From: Squalus acanthias
Lineage: Eukaryota
Reading direction: 5' to 3'
NCBI GenBank assembly: GCA_030390025.1
Contig: CM059432.1
Coordinates: forward strand, 145,578,001-145,642,000
DNA length: 64,000 nucleotides
The notes below the pieces were generated by a model. It saw nothing but the letters and a program-made list of their open reading frames with translations. It had not been told where the DNA came from and did not search any database. Shown here piece by piece: positions 11,848 through 24,578 of this stretch (its first letter is position 1; each line of letters opens with the position of its first letter). The position numbers and the translations under genes are program-made.

Positions 11848-13557
11848 AAGAACATAACATAAGAAATAGGAGCAGGAGTCGGCCATTTGGCCCCTCGAGC
11901 CTGCTCCGCCATTCAATAAGATCATGGCTGATCTTCCACCTCATCTCCACTTTCCTGCACTATCCCCATATCCCTTGATTCCCTTAATATCCAAAAATCT
12001 ATCGATCTCTGTCTTGAATATACTCAACGACTGAGCCACCACAGCCCTCTGGGGTAGAGAATTCCAAAGATTCACCACCCTCTGAGTGAAGAAATTTCTC
12101 CTCATCTCAGTCCTAAATTGCCGACCCCTTATTCTGAGGCTGTGACCCCTGGTTCTAGACTCCCCAGCCAGGGGAAACATCCTCCCTGCATCTATCCTGT
12201 CAAGCCCTGTAAGAATTTTGTATGTTTCAATGAGATCACCTCTCATTCTTCTAAATTCTAGAGAATATAGGCCTAGTCTACTCAATCTCTCCTCGTCGGA
12301 CAATTCCCCCATCCCAGGAACCAGTCTGGTGAACCTTCGTTGCACTCCCTCTATGGCAAGTATATCCTTCCTTAGATAAGGAGACCAAAACTGTACACAA
12401 TACTCCAGGTGCGGTCTCACCAGGGCCCTATATAATTGCAGTAAGACATCTTTACTCTTATACTCAAATCCTTTTGTAATAAAGGCTAACATACCATTTG
12501 CTTTCCTAATTACTTGCTGTACTTGCATGTTAACTTTCAATGATTTGTGTACAAGGACACCCAGGTCCCTCTGAACACCAACATTTCCCAATCTCTCACC
12601 ATTTAAAAAAATAATCTGTTTTTCTATTTTTCCTACCAAAGTGGATAACTTCACATTTCTCCACATTATATTCCAATAGCCATGTTCTTGTCCATTCACT
12701 TAGCCTGTCTATATCCCCTTGAAGCCTCCTTGCATCCTCCTCACTACTTGCATTCCCACCCAGCTTTGTATTATCAGTAAACTTGGATATAATACATTTG
12801 GTCCCCTCATCCAAATCATTGATGTAGATTGTGAATAGCTGAAGCCCAAGCACTGATCCTTGCAGTACCCCACTAGTTACAGCCTGCCAACCCAAAAATG
12901 ACCCGTTTATTCCTACTCTCTGTTTTCTGCCCGTTAACTAATCCTCAATCCATGCTAGTATAGTACCCCCCATCCCATGGCACCTTATCGAATGCCTTCT
13001 GAAAATCCAAATACACCACATCCCTTGCCCACTCACTTAGGTTCCCCCTTATCTATTCTGCTAGTTACAACCTCAAAAAACCCTAACAGATTTGTCAAAC
13101 ACGATTTCCCTTTCATAAATCCATGTTAACTCTTCCCAATCCTGTTATTATTTTCTAAGCGCCCTGTTACCACGTCCTTAATAATAGATTTGAGCATTTT
13201 CCCTACTACTGATGTCAGGCTAACTGGTCTGTAGTTCCCCGTTTTCTCTCTCCCTCCTTTCTTAAATAGTGGGGTTACATTTGCTGCCTTCCAATCCGCG
13301 AGAACCGTTCTAGAATCTATGGAATTTTGGAAAATGACAACCAATGCATCGACTATCTTTATAGCCACCTCTTTTAAAACCCTAGGATGTAGGCCATCAG
13401 GTCCAGGGGATTTATCGGTTTTCAGTCCCATTAATTTCTCCAGTACTATTTTTTTACTAAGACTAATTTCTTTCAGTTCCTCATTCTCGCTCGACCCTTG
13501 GTTCTCCACTATTTCCGGGAAGTTTTTTGCATCTTCTTCCGTGAAGACAGACACGAA
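11848..13557 (-). mobile_element. CR1 LINE, 3' half
   Basis: ORFs 13126-13563, 12596-12895 and 11941-12699 carry CR1 RT motifs. Tail at about 11848-11865. Confidence 0.9.
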
Positions 13558-15770
13558 GGCCACGATTTTGCCACAGGAGGCGGGTTGGCTGGTGGACGAG
13601 TTCCGGTCCTGCTGCCGGTTTCAGCCGCTCCCAAATAACAATTTTGATTTAACTGGGCTCATTAAACCCGCCGTGCGCGCTACTCGGCCCAATCAGTGGG
13701 TGCGGGTCTGCTGCTCGCCTCTGCTGACATCATCGATTCAGTTGGTTTTAAGGGTTTCACGAAGCCTTTGCTTTTCATTTTCTGCTCCTGAAAATGGCCC
13801 ACTGCAACATGACTGCTCCAAGATGTAAGGCTGCTCCTCGTTTTGATGATGACTCCCTCCATGCTTCAATCTGCTTCCCATCTGTTCTCATCACCAGCAC
13901 TCTGCATTGTCAGCCTACTCCTCAACATCCCACCTTACCCTTACTTCCCTTGCACCCTTACCTATCCCTCTCTATGTACAGAATAACTTCACCATCCTAC
14001 TATGCACCCCTCACACTCACTCTGACTGTTATGCAATGACAACATCTAACAACGCACAGGGAGGCACCTTAGTATTGGCACCTCACTCCATCTTTGTCTC
14101 CCTCTAAGCTTCTATGTTATGGATTCTTCACACTCCATCAATCTCGCTGAAACTCCACTTGTGTCCCTCCTTGCAGGAAAAGAGAGCCCACAATAAGAGG
14201 GAGAGAGCATGGACAGGAGGACGCCCACCATCCCTGGCCACTTTAATAAGCGCTGAGGAGGCTGCTGACGACATCGTCGGAGGTGCAGAGGAGCTGGAAG
14301 TGGGGGATGGAGAGATGGGCGCAGTAGAGCAAGCTGGTGACAGAATAGATTTGCAACCCTCTCATTTAGATTTCATGAGTGACTGATATGGCATCTGATG
14401 TTCATACAGATTGAGTTTGGATCATCTGCACAATAGGATGTTTCTGGTACATGTCTAACTCATGCCTTTACTCCCCCACAGGAGCATCAAGAGCACCCCT
14501 CCCCACTGTCCAGGAGAAAGAGCCAGATGACTCCTCAGAGGAACCTGGAGCTTCTGAGGGAGCAGTGTCACCAGAAATCAGCGCACCCAGCTCCAGCGTA
14601 GAGACGCACACCTCTGTGGGTCCTTCGCGACATAGAGTAGTTTTGTCACCTGGTGTATCACAGCTCACAATTGAGCATCAGCAGATGGTGGAGACAGCGA
14701 CAGCAGTGGAGACTCTTCATCAGAGGTTGCAGAACGCCCCTAGCTCTGCTCAGCTGCATGTAGATGCTGTGCCTCTGGGGCCATCCAGAAAGAGAGCGGT
14801 GCTGGAAATTCAGGAACAAGTGCAGGAGTCTCTGACAGGGTTTGCATCCACGGTAACTGCGAGTGTGCAGAGAATGGAGGAGTCCATCTCAAACATGAGC
14901 ACTGCCGTGGTGGACGCAATGGCAAATGAATGTGCCGCCATGGAAAGGATGGCAACCTCCATGGAGGACAGAAATTGCCAGACTCAACAGAGCATGGTGA
15001 CTCTTCCAAATAGATGGTCTGCTATGGAGGATAGATGAGCATCTATTGAGGAAAGGCACCAGAGGTACATGGACATCCTCGTTATGAGGACTGTCAGTAC
15101 AGAGCCGGGTCCTCATGTCTCCACTGATGTGCAGCAAGGTGCTTTCCAGCCACTTGTTAGCAGTGAAGTGCGGGTGACCCATGAGAGGGATGTTGGTGGT
15201 CAACAACAAGGAAATGTGGGCTCCTCTCCAAGCGCTCACATGACCATGCCACTGCGGAGCCCTCAGTCAGAGCCCCAGATTCTGCAGCTAACTGAGATGG
15301 CCGTCTCAGCCCCTGCACAGCCACAGGAAGAGCAGACTGTTGTGGAGCCCTCCAAGGCTCCCAAACCCAGAGGACACCCGCCAAAGACATCTAAGCAGGC
15401 ACACCATAGAAGTGAGTAAGGTGCCTCTACATCTGCTGAAGCCACAGGGGAAGCACCACGTAGAAGCACACGTAAGAGAAAGTCAACATACAAATAGTCA
15501 CAAGGGTAGTCCCTTTGGTGTTTTCTTATCTTACAAAGTGAAGTTTGTCATTCTGATTGTAACTTTATTAAACAAAAGTGATGGCAAAGAATCGAAGATT
15601 TGGCCTATGTGTGCTTAGAAATGGAAGTTGCACAGTGAGGGGTCAGGGTGCCTTTCATGTGTAATGATGGTGGTAGGAGTGTTAGGAAACCACAGTTTAT
15701 TGTACAGATGTTGTATGGTGTGTTAAGAAGGTATCCAGACATTCATTTCCATGTGCAGCCACATGTCCAA
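13558..15770 (+). mobile_element. Truncated Harbinger derivative of a different family carrying a decayed Myb/SANT gene
   Basis: Left TIR-like GGCCACGATTTT; KAAPRFDDDSL (Myb N-terminus); acceptor ttgcag followed by EKRAHNKRERAWTGGRPP (homologous to exon 2 of copy 1); long low-complexity exon with a stop at 15036; basic end EAPRRSTRKRKS. The right end is lost. Confidence 0.7.
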
Positions 15771-15774
15771 GTAC

Positions 15775-17560
15775 AGCCTAGGTACATTTCAACAAGACGG
15801 AAGGTTAAAGGAATGAAAGTGAAGGCTCCTTGGATGACGAGGGAGATAGAGACGATGATGAAACAAAAAAAGAGGGTGTATGATGCATGTCAGGTGAATT
15901 CTTCAAGGGCGAACCAGACCAAATACAATAAGTTGAGAGGGGAAGTGAAGATGAAAATAAGATTGGCAAAGAGAGAATATGAGAGTAGAATGGCGGTTAA
16001 CATAAAAGGGAACACAAAAATCTTCCACCGGCATGTAAACAGTAAGCGGGTAGTAAGAGGCGGAGCGAGGCCTATTAGAGACAAAGATGGTGATATATGC
16101 TTAGAGGCGCAGGGCAAGGCTAGAATACTCAATGAGTACTTTGTATTGGTGTTTACTAAGGAGATGGATGCTGACAAAATATCGGTAGAAGTGGAAAAGG
16201 TAGAAGCAATGGAAGGGGTGAAAATTGATAGACAGGATGCACTAGAAAGGCTGGGTATGCTTAGAGTGGATAAGTCACCTGGTCCAGATGGCTTGCATCC
16301 CAGGTTGCTAAGGGAATTGGGGGAGGAGATAGCAGAAGGGCTTGCCATAATTTTCCAATCTTCCCTAGATGTGGGGGAGGTGCCTGAGGATTGGAAAGTG
16401 GCAAATGTGACACCATTGTTCAAGAAAGGGTGTAAAGACAATCCTAGTAACTACAGGCCGGTCAGTTTAACATCAGTGGTGGGTAAAGTTTTAGAAACAA
16501 TAATCAAGGAAAAGATTAATGGGCACTTGGAAAGGTTTAAGCTAATTAAGGAGAGCCAACACGTATTTGTAAAAGGCAGATCGTGTTTGACTAATCTAAT
16601 TGAATTTTTTGATGAAGTAACAGGGACGATTGATGAAGGGAATGCAATGGATGTTGTCTAAATGGATTTTAGGAAGACGTTTGACAAAGTACCACATAGA
16701 AGGCTGGTTAACAAAATTGAGACTCATGGAATAGGTGGGTCAGTGGCAGCTTGGATAAGGAATTGGCTTAAGGACAGAAAACAACAAGTTGTGGTAAATG
16801 GCTGTTTTTCAGACTGGAGGATGGTAGGCAATGGTGTTCCCCAAGGGTGAGTGCTGCGGCATATAAATGATATATGTAAATGACCTGGAAATTGGAATAC
16901 AGAGTAGAATTTCTAAATTTGCCGATGACACCTAACTTGGGGTGTGGCAAACAGTGAGGATGATACCAATCGACTGCAACAGGACATAAAAAGGCTAGCA
17001 GAATGGGCAGACAAGTGGCAGATGGAATTTAATACAGAGAAGTGTCAGGTGATGCATTTTGGAAGAGGGAACAGGGAGAGGCAATATGCACTTAATGGCA
17101 TAGTTTTAAAGAGTGTGCAGGGACCGGGGAGTTAATATGCATAGGTCCCTGAAGGTGGCAGGACATATTGAGAGAGTGGTTAGCAAAGCATATGGGATCT
17201 TGGGTTTCATAAATAGAGGTATTGAGTACAAAAGTAGAGAAGTTATGCTGAACCTTTATAAAGCACTGGTAAGGCCACAACTGGAGTATTGTGTCCAGTT
17301 CTGGTCACCACACTTTAGGAAAAATGTGAAGACCCTTGAGAGGGTGCCGAGGAGATTTACCAGAATGGTTCCGGGGATGGGGAATCTTAGCTACAAGGGC
17401 AGGTTGGAGAAGCTGGATTTGTTTTCATTAGAGCAAAGGAGGTTTAGGGGTGATTTGATAGAGGTGTACAAGATTATGACGGGTTTGGATAGGCTAGACG
17501 GGGAAAAGCTGTTCCCACTAGTTGATGGTACAGGGACTAGGGGACACAGATTTAAGATTT
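15775..17560 (+). mobile_element. CR1 LINE fragment, truncated at both ends
   Basis: SPGPDGLHPR, NYRPVSLTSVVGK, MDFRKTFDKVPH, LEYCVQFWSP. It ends abruptly at GHRFKI with no tail. Confidence 0.9.
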
Positions 17561-19975
17561 AACAGGACTAGGTGTTCTGTAGAATAAATTATTAAATTGT
17601 GTTGGGTATGGTAACCATTTTTGTGAGTTTATTTTATGGTTCTAGTTGTGGCCATGTTTACCACTCCTGTCTACAAAGCAAGAATTGTTCCAGGCAGTTT
17701 GGAGATCAGCAGGACTGGATATGCTTCATGTGTATGACCTCTAACAAAGTAGGGAGAGCAGTTACATCAGTGAGACCTGCATCTGAGAAAACATCTTTGC
17801 CAATCAAGGTATTCTGATTTTGCTTACTTCTTTAGATTTGGGCATCAAAGTATATCAAGAGTGAGGTACCTTTAGATATAGACTGTTTAAAATCAATATC
17901 TGTCTTTTACATACAAGCTATATTGAATGAGATGATTTCTGCACTACTGGACAGAATGCCTCATCAATCGCTTCCTGATGCAATTAATGCCTTTCCACGC
18001 TAGTTCCTATTCCCCACAGTAAATGAACCCACCAGGGCAATATTTACCCTCATTGTTTAGGTTTGTTCACATCATTTTAATGATTATAGTTTTGCACTTG
18101 TTCCAAGTTTTTTGTTACAAAAATAAATATTTATTGTTTTTCAACTTTTGCAACTTCTAAGACTGCCTGTCTATCATTTTTGGTATTCATTTGTCAATTA
18201 GGGTCGGTTTATAAGTTTAAGTTGCCTACCTAAAAAAATGTGGAATGAGAAAAGGCCATTAGTTGGATCAAGCCTGCTGTTTCCACAGGCCATTTGCAAT
18301 CTGCCCTACTCTAAGCTTTACCACACTTAATAAATCTCCTGGGAGAAAGTTTGGCAAATATCTCCTTGACTGGTCTAATATGTTTACCCTACATCTCCAT
18401 TTCTCTAGCCTGGTGATTGCTTCCTCATGAGGCAATTTACATGATACAAATTGTGTAGGAATCATTGAGTCCCATGGACTGTTTGATAATCATCTCCTTC
18501 TGCCCTTGTTTAACATGGCATTAATTTTTTTTGCTGGCAATATGTTCCATATACTGACTAATCTGGGTAGGGGAAATTTTTTTTCATCACTGATCTCATT
18601 TGAGGTTTGTTAATATTGTACTTGTGTCCTTTAGTCCTAAATTCACAGTCCATGTTTTAAATAGCCTACATACCCGTATGTTATCACTGCCATCAGTATT
18701 TTAAAGACTCATGTCATGTCCCCTATCGACAGTTTTCAGTGAAAACAATTTTAGCACTTTGACTTTTTGTTCATAACTTAAGTCCTAAGTTCCAGAATCA
18801 ACCTGTCACTCTTCTCTGGACCTTTCCAAAATACTAATACTTTTTTGAAGATAGCGTGCCGAGTTTTGTACATAGTATTCGAAATGTCGCTTCTGCAATT
18901 ATCTATATACGGTTAGAATAAATTGTTTCAACTTGCAGTCTGAAGATCTCAAGGTTTATCCCACTGTATGAAGAAGATCTTCACATTGACTGGATAATCA
19001 GTCAGTTCATCTTCAACTCCGATGATACAATTGCTCAGTTTCAATTGTCTCTCTGTGCCTTTAAGACATTTGTGGTGGGCTGCCATTTTGGTCAATTTTG
19101 TTTATAATTCATTCTGAACTCTACCCTTAATTCTTTCCCAGTAGTCTTGATTCTTATCTACATGTACAAGAAATGCCTGCTCCAAATTTCACCACCGCCA
19201 CCACCATTGCTAGTGAAATATCCTATTAGCAAAGTCTCAGTTCTCATGTTGCAATTACAAAGTGACCTCAAGTTCTAGTTCTTCAAAGAAGTGCACCTTC
19301 GTTCCAGATGAGAAATAAAATCACATTTAGGTGGAGTGTGCTCTGGGGTATTCCAGGGAAGGTGCGCTGGCCAAGCAGTGTTCTTAAATGCAACAAATAG
19401 CCCGGGAAGAAGGCATTTGCTTCCTCTGGGACTCACTAGGTTTTCTTCAGCAACAGTCATAAATCTACAGGCCTTGGAATTCTACAGTCATTTTGTGTCA
19501 CCCAGCAGCAGAACCCACAGAGCTTTTAAAATGTCTAACTCAAGATGGATTTATGTGTTTTCTCTGTCTTTTGTGCAGTGCAATGCCTTCTGCTTGACAA
19601 CCATCAAAATTTCTATCAGGATTGACACCGGGAGAAATTGGCATTGGCCAGCAAGCCCTCCCACTGATACAACTCCTGGATTTGCAATGTTAGCCATTTA
19701 ACTGAGAAGACCCCAACATCACACACCCCACCACCCCCATAATTAAAAAAAAACCTTCAGAACAGCATCTTTTCCCATACCAAGCTGTTTGCAAAACATA
19801 GACTTCATGCAGATGGCTGCAAAACAGCCTCTTCTAGTCTCGCAGTGAATCCATAGGATACTAGCACCCAACAATTCACAAGCTGCAGGCATACAAGGAT
19901 ATTGGAGAATTTTGCTCATATTTACAGGATGTATCCCTCCTTTGCAAATGAGAAAACTGAGGCTGGGGAGACTAA

Positions 19976-20604
19976 GGGCTGGATTTTGATACTGGGGCGG
20001 GTTGGGGTCGTGTTATCCACTTTTCGTGTTATCCACCCGACTGCAATTGGATGTGGGAGATTGATGCAATTTTCACCTAATTGGGCAATTGAGTTCCAGC
20101 ATGTGGGCACCCATGAACCAATTAGTGTTTTCAGTCTGAAAGTCGCCTCTGATGATGTCATCATTGCTGCTGCATTGAAGGTCTTCAAACACTGCCTGGC
20201 CTTTGCTGTGAGAGGACCTGCAAAATGAGCAGCAGCAGTCCTAAGTCTGCTCCCAGATATTTTTACACCACCACTCCCAGATATGTCTCCTCTCTATCCA
20301 TCCATCCAGCCAAATGTGCTCCCGCCAGGTTTCACAATCGTGGTTCACAACAGGCATGCTTCACGTAGAACAAGGGTTAAAATCACAAAGGCCTTTCAAA
20401 ATGGCATTATAGAGCCAATTTAGTGCTTGTTAAGGGCCTTAACAGCCTATCCCGCCTCTTAAAGGCGGGACGGAGTAGGGACCAGCAGACACGATTTAAT
20501 GAAAATTGCGTGGAGGCGGACTTGTGCCCACCCGCCAGTTTTCGCAATTTTAATCCCCCAGACGCCTCCAAACCCGCCTCCACGGGTCAATGAAAATCCA
20601 GCCC
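19976..20604. mobile_element. Harbinger MITE (629 bp)
   Basis: Perfect 12-bp TIR GGGCTGGATTTT/AAAATCCAGCCC and canonical TSD TAA/TAA. Confidence 0.92.
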
Positions 20605-23444
20605 TAAGCGTTTAAGGGGCATGAGCAAAAAGACAAAACTGTGTCACAGCATTCGGTCAATCAAAGGTCTTGTCACATCTTTTGATATATATAACACAGC
20701 ATATCCTTCAACTCGGCTCGGCCAGGTTGCCATCCGTGGTCAAATAATCTGTTAATGCTCACAAGTGATTAATGAGCACTTGTGTGAGCTCCTGGAGAGC
20801 TGCCAGCATTTTGGAAACTGTACAGCAAGGGTCAGCTCCTTCATGAGAAAGGAGGGAATTGGAGCAGTTGGAGTGGGGAGGAGAAGAGTGAGAATTGGAG
20901 CAGGGTTGAGGGGGAGGGGATAGGAGAGAATTGGACAGTGGCGGAGGGGGTAGAGTATTGGAACGGGGCTCCAATATGAACAACATCATAGCCCCAAGTC
21001 TCCAATCTGTGTTCCCATCGAGCACGGCTCTCTAGTGGGAGGGCAAGTGCTTGGAATCGCTCTCCTAAATTTCCCTATCTTCCTCCACCTCTGGGACAGC
21101 ATTGTTGAAAATTGGCTTTTTGCTGAAAATTTGCTCCAAAAGGCAAGTTATCATCATTGGAAAGACTGCCAGGTTCATTGCCAGATCAATTATGTAATAG
21201 GTCAGTGTAAGGTCATTCACTCTGCCACTTGGGTGTTATGCGAAGCACAATATTTGTGATAATGGAAGGATTCACTAGGCTAAATAAAGCTGTATGTGAA
21301 GAGCATACTGAACGTTTGATAACCTGGTTACCCAATATGGACAAATACATAATCATACTTAACAGTTTTCAAGTTGTATACATGCCTTAATCTTTAAATT
21401 TATGCTTATTAGCTATATTCAAAGCCCGAGTTATTAATACTGTCGTCTCTTTAACAGCTACCTCTTCTGAATCTTGCCAGACAGAAGACTACAGTTACGG
21501 ATGGCACCAACTCCATCACAACAGAACTTCATTATTTGCATCAATCCAATATCGTTCACAGTGAAAACTTCCAACTGCAACTTGCTGCACCACCATTAGT
21601 AGACTAAGCATGCCCTCAAACTCCAAGTATATGCACTGTGCCACAGACCAGGACGGTAATCACAGATTGTATGCAACACAAGTAAACCTATTGAAGCAGG
21701 AAAATTGCATTCTGTGGTGGAGCAGACTTTTCAGTTTAGGTAGCAACATGTTTGTGGCCTTATGCCAATGAGGAAGTTAGCCCTTTGTAAATGCAGTAGG
21801 TTTGCAGCACTAAAGTTGTTGGAAGAAGACTATTAAAAAATATATAGTTTTATGTAATTACTGACTATTCAAATTATTATTGCTCATAATATGATTTAAA
21901 AGTTGTAGTATATATTCATCACTTGATGAGATGTGACTACTTTGGTGCCTTCAAGATTTTGCAGAACAGTGATGTAGCTGTTACATATCATTATAATCGT
22001 TTTGCACATGATCTTTGATAAAGACTAAAAATCTCCACCTTAAAATATGATAATGTCTAACGTGCATGCAATATTCTTGAGCTAAGTTTAAATTCCGTAA
22101 ACACTAAAGGAGTATTAGAAAGTTCAAAGACCAATTTACAAATGTTTTATTTTTGCTAAGTCACATTGGCAGATTTAGTAAAATTTCTGTGTCTTTTGTT
22201 ACAGTACACACCCAAGTACAATGGAAGATTGCTTGGTTGCTGGGAATTATCGTGTTGCAAAGATAGTGTGCCATATTATAAAAGGTATAGTGACATTTTA
22301 TACAGTAGTGCTGCAGGCAGAGAGTTTGCTAAAATATACCCAAATGCAGTAAAGCTGACAGAAGCTCAGTTATAGTATTGTAAAAACATACTTTGGGGGG
22401 GTTAGGTGAATTGCATTTTTCCAAAATGCTGAATCCAATAATTGAATATTCTGTGGACATAAATTATTTAATGGAAATTAAATTATTTTTTAAAGACTTT
22501 ACACTATAAATGGTAACCCATATTGACCATCTCTGTAGCTAGTGTGACGTGAGGATCCAAATATTTCCTTGATTTCCAAGCTGCATATTGAGAAGAAGCA
22601 TAAAATGATAGTGTCCACCAGATAATTTCTGTTCCGATGCTGACGGACCTGCTGTGTATTTCCAGCTCATTTGTACATGGTAGCGGGGGGCTAAATTCTC
22701 TCAGCCGTTTGGACAGACTCCCGCTGTAACTCCAGTGGAATGACATCGAAAAAGGCCAGGACCCAGCTGTACCAAGTCCCGACCCTAGTTAGGAATTGCT
22801 GCTTGGTCTTCTAAACGGTGGAATCTCCAACTGCCCCTTACAAAAGCCACTTGCGTGGAGGGCGAGGGGCTGGGGTAGGGCCTCCCTATGTTGGGAGTTG
22901 TTGCTTTCCTGACCCATTAGGGATCTAGTGTAACATTGGTGGTTGGTCTACTCAGTGAGATGAGGCGTTCAGGCCTCCAGAAGGGCGGCAGTGAGCCCCA
23001 CTGAGGGTGTGGATGGAAGCTGGGAATTCAGCCTGGACCCCAAAAATGGGAAGATTTTGTGGATTTAGCCCCCTTATCCATGAGAGGGAGTAATGCATGA
23101 GGTCTCCGCTAGGTCTATGCAGCCACCAACCCCATACGAATGAGGTACCCTCCTGCTCACCCTGCAAACTCCAGTGAAATATCAATGTGAAAGTAACATC
23201 AGCATAAAATCATTTTCACATTTGTGGTCACTTAAACAGCGCCAAATAAACATGACTTTTGAATATTCATAATTATCTTTACATATAATCACAAAACATG
23301 AAGGCATTATTTATATTTTGGGTCTTTCAATCTTGAGAAATTGCTTCTTAGATCGTGACTTCCTATTGTGTTATTTAAATCATTGATAAATATAGTGAAA
23401 AGCTGGAGTGGGGGGGGGGGAGAAGAGTGAGAATTGGAGAATTG

Positions 23445-23860
23445 TTCCAAATCGAATACATACCCATTATCCCTACTCTCTCTCTACTACTGCCTAACCA
23501 ATCTCCTAACCAGGTCAATAATTTGCCTTCAATTCCATGAGCTTTAATCTTAGCTAACAGTCTCTTATGTGGAACCTTATTGAATGCCTTCTGGAAGTCT
23601 ATATAAACTACATCCATAGACATTCCCCTGTCTACTACTTTAGTTACTTCCTCAAAACATTCAATTAGTTTCGTTAGGCATAACCTACCCTTTACAAATC
23701 CATGTTGGCTCTCTGCAATCAGCTCAAATTTCTCCAAGTGCTCAATCACTCTATCCTTAATTATAGATTCCAATTTCTCCACAACAGTTATTAGACTAAC
23801 CGGTCTATAATTTCCTGGTTTCTCTCTCTCTCACCTTTCCAAAATAATGGAGTTACATTA
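23445..23860 (-). mobile_element. CR1 LINE RT fragment
   Basis: ESQHGFVKGRLCLT...YIDFQKAFNKVPHKRLL. Confidence 0.85.
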
Positions 23861-24578
23861 TGAAGGAGAATGTCGTGGTCAACCTTGTCAAACGAGGGAT
23901 GAAGCACGATGAACACGATCATAGAGGAAGTCACTCATGATTTTAGTTGGTGTCATTTTAGTGCTGTGAAATGATAGACGCTAGACTGAAGGGATTTGAG
24001 CAGTGGATTACAAGAAGAATGGGTATGGAATTGGGAGGCAATGGCATTCAGGAGCTTGAGAGGAAATGGAGGTTAGAGATTAGGCATTGGTTGGTCCACG
24101 CTGCGCCACTCCTGGGCCTTGACCTCGCTGCTGGGCTCGTCCTCGCTCCTGGGTCCCAGCCTCGGACATGATTGATGATGTCTTTCACAGGATCAAATTA
24201 GCACTGATATTCTCGCGATCCCTGGCCCCGAGCTCCACTCGCGATCCACTAGTCACCAGATCACTAGTCCAGTGGAGAAGCGTAGTCTTGACAGCAGAGA
24301 GGTCTGAGAATTTGGGAGCTAAGTTTAAGTGAAGAACTAGTGCTCACTGAGAACAAAGAACAGGCATGGTCGGGGGATGGGCAGTGGGCTCAGGTAACTT
24401 TAACCTTGCAGCTTGAACTTGCAGTTAGGGATAAAATGCACCCACTATTAGAGCCAGGGGAGCTTAAACAGCAGAAGAGAGGAGACTGGGGGAGAAAAGA
24501 GCAAAGGATGGCAATGGATGGCCAAGGATGGCAAAGGAGCTCCCTAGGGAGCTGCCAGCCCAGGAGCCATGTCACTAG

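Larger units (their letters stand above)
11684..21607 (+). pseudogene. VPS8: 3' exons of a divergent VPS8 (CORVET subunit) homologue, probably pseudogenised
   Basis: Three AG-bounded segments in the expected order: 11684-11766 (IRALTKELLKSMTAHIPITAVLQKIVQ, gtaag donor); 17646-17808 (CGHVYHSCLQSKNC...WICFMCMTSNKVG, GT donor, second half of the RING-H2); 21458-21607 (LPLLNL...SENFQLQLAAPPLVD*). They align with the recalled human VPS8 C-terminus (ALKSLTMQVLNSMAAFIALPSILQRILQ; CGHLYHSFCLQNKEC...WTCYKCSSSNKVG; NENFQLQLIPPP). Intervening exons were not found. Confidence 0.75.

Noticed and set aside
19451..21210. Candidates for the VPS8 penultimate exon (NLQALEF...PSSR at about 19460; PDQLCNR at about 21180)
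   Set aside because: The matches are too short and splice donors or frames are inconsistent, so they cannot be distinguished from chance.
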